From: Fimbriosthenelais zetlandica
Taxonomy: Eukaryota
Direction of reading: 5' to 3'
Assembly: GCA_977030845.1 (NCBI GenBank)
Contig: OZ365112.1
Location: 14,384,001 to 14,448,000 of the forward strand
DNA length: 64,000 bases
A model generated the notes under the pieces. The model searched no databases, was not told where the DNA came from, and worked only from the letters and a program-made list of their open reading frames with translations. How positions within the stretch are numbered: position 1 is the first letter of the stretch; the number at the start of each line of letters is the position of its first letter. The translations under genes and the position numbers were made by a program. Shown piece by piece: positions 59,411 to 64,000 of this stretch.

Positions 59411-60670
59411 GTATTTTGCGATTGCTTGTTTTATTATTGAATACAACCTGTCCATGCTGTGAACCCCTCGTGCCCCCTCTCCGGGTCTCCACGGACACTG
59501 GTCTGACCTAGCTACCCCCCTCTCTACCGCCATTGTCATTCGCTTGCAATTATAGGCGTCCCCAGCGTGAAAATGCAAGCTAAATAATTATTGGACTAAG
59601 AGAAGGCGGGTAGTGCATGAATAACGGTGCCCTAGTCAGACCCGAATAAAAAGATAACCCTTATGGATCGATTCTTTGTGTGTCTGTAACTGTTTTGTCA
59701 CACATAAGTCTACTCACATAGCATCAATGGGCGCACCTGAACATGCTCTTAACTTACAATGGTACTGGTGGTAATCAGGAATAATAAAATGTCAATTAAT
59801 GATCGGTTATAATGTGTCAATCGATGTGTCAGTCTGTACTTAAAACGAACGGAAACCTATGTTATACGACAGAAATCTTTGAACGGGATGATTGACAATG
59901 ATTTGTAAAAAGTCAAGCCTTTGTTGCACCAGCCCTCATTGAACTCCTTAAGTCGTCCTTCTTCCATAATCAACAAAAACCAGCTTTTTCGCTACAAATT
60001 GCTATCATTTTTTACCTGCTACCACAAAAATTTGTCAACTACATAAAAAGTAACCAGCAAATTGGGAGGTTAAATAAATGGTGATTATCTGTGGAGGAGG
60101 AGGTGGTGGTTTGGGTAGGGGATGCGATGATTGGCAGTGATTCCTGGTGAAGGTGGTTTTTGGTGGGATGATTGGTGGGAGGGGAGTGGCCTTTGGGTTG
60201 TTACATTGCGCGTGGAGTTGTTGACCTATGTGACATGTTGGTGTGGTAATGAACGCTACAAGCGTGCTATTGTGATGGATTGGTAGCCTGACCCTGGAGG
60301 ATGATCTCCACGTGGTTCCATGGCTTCCAACTCCCAGCTTTTTCTTCCTACAGGAATTTCAACTATTTGTCTTCCCTATTTTCTCAGGTCTTCTTTTTTC
60401 GCTCCCTTTTCCTTTATCACGTCTTCTCTCTCGTCCTTTTGTCTCCTCCCCTTCTCCCTACCTGATACCCATTGCCTTCAACAAACAACTGCTTGCCACT
60501 TTTTGCAGATCTGATGAGGAGGAAAGAGGGTAAAGCAGTATGAATCAGAGCCCTCAGCTATCATCACTTGTCTTGCTTGTAGACCCCAGGCTGAACATCA
60601 AATTAATTCTCTTCTTTTACTCTTTTTTTCAAGATCATGGACTTCCTGATCCTGTGGAACGGTTGACCGC

Positions 60671-60703
60671 AAAGGAACGCTACCGGTAAAGGAACGCTAC
60701 CGG
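60671..60703 (+). repeat. Tandem duplication of a 16-mer (period 17)
   Basis: AAAGGAACGCTACCGG at 60671-60686 and 60688-60703. Confidence 0.9.
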
Positions 60704-60915
60704 AACTCTACCATACACCTTACTGTGTGCATACAGTATGTGTGTGACTTATTCCACTTAATGTCATGCCTTGTGGACCGAGAGAAAACGATATACACAT
60801 AGAGTAACAGCCACAGGAACAAACAGTAAAACACACACAACTGACAACAGACAACTCTTCCACCACCACAGCTTGTGCTGGAGGAGGAGGAGGAGGGGGG
60901 CCTTCCTCCACGTTT

Positions 60916-61020
60916 TGATTGGTCCCAGCCGCGTCACGTGGTGCACACAGTCGGGATCCGGCGCTCAAATTGCTGTTATCGTTCCCGGAGCATTTATCAC
61001 CCACCCGGACACTTTATAAA
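60916..61020 (+). promoter_or_regulatory. Putative Hox2 core promoter: inverted CCAAT, USF-type E-box, TATA
   Basis: ATTGG 60918-60922, GTCACGTG 60933-60940 and TATAAA 61015-61020, in a CpG-rich patch about 160 nt upstream of the ATG. Confidence 0.6.
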
Positions 61021-61178
61021 CACAACAGAGAGACAGGGACTGAGTGAATTTTTGATCGCATGTGGATACAATGATGCCCTGGTACACAACATTAGGAACC
61101 CCTACTGGAAGTGACAGTAGATAGGAGATCCAGACAAATTTTAACATATTGATACAATAGTCAAAAAGTGCACGGATA

Positions 61179-61911
61179 ATGATTATGATGGCCAGTGGAC
61201 GTGTGGTGGCATCGGCGGGTGGTATAGGTGGTCCAGGCTTGACCGAGACAGGGATGGTCAGGCCCTCCGGAGTCCTCTCCTCGCATGAAGCAGGATTCAT
61301 AGGGTCCGAACCCTGCATGGCCGAGTTCATGGCCAACATCCCATGTATCAATGATAGTCTCCAGTCTGCTGGACCATCCATCACTCGATCACCACTCGTG
61401 GCCGCGCCTCCAGTGAATGGGGCAAGTGGTAGTACTACTCCTGTGTGTAGTAGTAACAACAACACTATCAATGGGAAAAACACTCTTGTTACCCTGGACA
61501 GTGTAAGGAGGGGCAAACAAGCCAATCAGGGGGTGATCGTGGTGGAACCCCCAACCCATGGAGGTGGGGCAGTAGGAGGGGGTATCAACAATGGTAATAC
61601 ACCCGGAGGAGGCCCTGGAGGAGGAGGGGGCAATGGTACTGGAGGGGGAACTTCGTCAAGTAGCAATTCTTCTTCATCCTCCCCTTCCACACATAACAAC
61701 GTGAAAGTACATGAGTATGCATGGATGAAAGAGAAGAAGCCAAGTAGGAAGAACAGTACAGGAGGAGGGTCATCCCCACCTGGAGGGATTGTATCACATG
61801 CTGGAGGAATGGTCGGTCATCTTCCAGGGGTTGGATCTCCTCAACAACAATCACACCATCAACAAGGCTCGGGTCACCACCCCCAACATCAAACCTCACT
61901 CAACTCTATAG
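61179..61911 (+). CDS. Hox2: Hox2/proboscipedia, first coding exon (244 codons + 1 nt; gene continues beyond the window)
   Basis: EAGFIGSEPCMAEF resembles the PG2 N-terminal GFINSQPSLAE motif, and EYAWMKEKK matches the PG2 EYPWMKEKK hexapeptide context. There is an upstream in-frame stop (TAG 61158), a donor ATAG|GTGAGT at 61911/61912, and the colinear position 3' of Hox3. No homeobox is in the window to confirm. Confidence 0.85.
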
Positions 61912-64000
61912 GTGAGTAGTATTACTTTCCTCTATATTATATTGATGATTTTGTCATAATAATCAACCGCTTATATTTTATATATGAATCTGATAAAATT
62001 ACTATATGTTTTAGAATTAACTTAGGGCATGTCTTTACTTGAATGAAGATTATAATGCTTCTTAAAGACATATACTTACACCAACTTATTCCCCATACTT
62101 CTATAATTGTTACTCATAAATCGCTAGTCCTAATTATATATGATTATTCAGACTCTTTGCTTTTTACTACCTAATTGTTATCATATAAAATCAACAGGTA
62201 GTAAGCCTACTTATCAAAACCTTCCAGTCGGATGGACCCTGAGATTACTGCCCTTTCTGCATCTAGAATATGGTAGTTGCACAGGGATACATTCTTATAT
62301 ATTTTTCTGCTCCAAACTCTTTGAAACAGTGTTTGCTTTCCGTCTGGTTTTTGGACCTATTATGTTGTATCTATTTCGTGGTGGCCATGCTTAGAACATA
62401 GCACAGTGCCTGTTCTGCATGTCACAGCCTCAACATGACCTTCCATATACAGTAGCAAGGACCTGGGTGGGTGGGTGACAGGGTGGGGGGGTTGAAGCAG
62501 TGTAGTTGCTCCACTGCCAACATATGTCTGTCACTATGATTCATGATCGACTAAGTGCTAAAAGGCTTGGGCCCAACATCCAGTTACAACCACGACTCCT
62601 CATTCAACCTGTCACCACTCGACCTCTTCTAACTGGGAGAAATTGCACGCTTCTTTGATGTTCTCTCAATTATTGCCATCAGTATCACTATCATTTCTCT
62701 CAGGTTAATAAGGTGATGTATTCACTTGACAAATAGTGCTGCAACATGAATGACTTTGGACTCGTTGAACTCAACCTGGCTCAACCTTGGCGCTCTATTT
62801 CCCCATAGAGAGATAATGTTTAATAACACAAAAATGCATTCATTAATATATGGATGACCGTTAGATATTTACATCATGATAATGGCTAATTATATATATT
62901 TGATAAGGGGGTAAAGCTTGGCGTCTTGACATTGTAATGTAGACTTCTGTACATTCTTCCTGTAATTTGTGATGCATGTAATAGTTCTTACCCAAAAAGA
63001 TAAATTAACTCTTCCAGTCATTAATTACATTAGGGGAATACTAGTAATAAAATCAGGATTTACTTTATAGCCTTTCAAAGTGGATACTTTTCCCAGTAGG
63101 CTTCTATAATATATATTTTTCTTCAAATGCCTACATACCTCTGAGGCTCTGTGAAAGCCGCTGTCCCCATTGCAAATGGCATTTCGTCATTTCGCATTTT
63201 AAATGGCCATTTTACAAAATAGAGAGAATATAAATTCAGTGAAACTGTAACAGAGAATAGCCATTTATTACATTGTTCGGCCTGAGTCAAAATCTAAGAG
63301 AATTTAGGCTTTAATATGGAAGACAATTGGAAGTCCCCTATTATCGCCCGGCATGTTTGCTATGACGATAGATTTGAATCTTTTCTCCCGCATTGCTACT
63401 CACAAATCAAAGCTGATATATTCAAAACGTCCCAATGATCTCACTGACTTATCCCTTGATTATAAAATCAAACCCGGCGGGGTGACCTCTTATTAGAAGG
63501 TGTCTAAACTACAGGCTTCCCCCTCTTAGACACCCACTCTGCCACCTACCCGGCTAATATAAGGCCTCATTTAAATCGATGACATAACCGAGTTGTTTGG
63601 TGTTTTGACTCGCCCATTCACTTCCAACCGACTATGTGTCACAACCTACAGACCACTGGGACTTTAATTTGTATGGAGAGACCCGGGAACCTTTGAAATC
63701 CCTACAATACCATTCGGGAAATGTCTCTTGTGCATTTCATCCGGGGGTGACGTAATCGTCCAAAGGGCCCAAGGCCAATAAATGGCAGAGGAGTTGGCGT
63801 TGTAAAAACCCCTATTGTTCAGGCTGGAGATGGGACTGGTCACTTGAATACATTGGTTTAGTGTTCCCAACTACCCCCGGGGCTATGGTAAGACCCCAGA
63901 CAGATGTGGTCAAAAGGCAAGTGGCCAAAGGTGATAGGGGCATTCTGGTATGCGAGTATTATTATTCATCGGCTGGTTTTTGATAGAAAGCCAGCGATCC
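61912..64000 (+). other. Hox2: Hox2 intron 1 (5' part, runs off the window)
   Basis: Begins GTGAGT; AT-rich; no homeobox-coding sequence seen up to 64000. Confidence 0.8.
63539..63552 (-). promoter_or_regulatory. CTCF-like motif in Hox2 intron 1
   Basis: Minus strand CGGGTAGGTGGCAG, 13/14 match. Confidence 0.45.

Noticed and set aside
33194-61178. Additional homeobox (Hox3/zen duplicate) between Hox3 and Hox2
   Set aside because: No second WFQNRR-type coding sequence seen on either strand.
60965-61525. 186-aa antisense ORF over Hox2 exon 1
   Set aside because: Shadow of the Gly/Ser-rich coding strand; starts at a non-ATG codon and has no recognisable domain.
1-64000. Transposons, CRISPR arrays, rRNA/tRNA genes, foreign (bacterial/phage) inserts
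   Set aside because: No long non-Hox ORFs, terminal inverted repeats with target-site duplications, or repeat-spacer arrays were seen; short non-autonomous elements cannot be excluded without a repeat library.

Overview
Animal genomic DNA from the anterior end of an intact Hox cluster, not a prokaryotic or phage window. Only two protein-coding genes are supportable, both on the + strand and in colinear order. Hox3 is complete in two coding exons (27151-27694 and 32181-33193, matching phase-1 splice sites, about 518 aa), with a QKYY/YQPANG N-terminal motif, YPWM hexapeptide, PG3 homeodomain and KMTPL* tail. About 28 kb downstream lies the first coding exon of Hox2/proboscipedia (61179-61911; GFIGSEP motif, EYAWMKEKK); its homeobox falls beyond the window. 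The Hox3 homeodomain reads like lophotrochozoan-type invertebrate Hox3 (low-confidence taxonomic inference). The rest is non-coding, CpG-poor overall with CpG-rich islands. I saw no transposase/RT ORFs, tRNA/rRNA, CRISPR array, or miR-10/miR-993 hairpin, and no new protein system. The best candidates for something undescribed are regulatory: a 9-nt uORF before the Hox3 start, a 75-nt hairpin 3' of Hox3, an NF-Y/USF promoter module mirrored in the Hox3 intron, an oriented array of CTCF-like sites, RARE-like and NR5A/ERR-like elements, a perfect RFX X-box, and splice signals suggesting spliced non-coding or leader transcripts on both strands. All motif calls were made by eye. Chance estimates are rough hand calculations that assume about 42% GC and independent bases.
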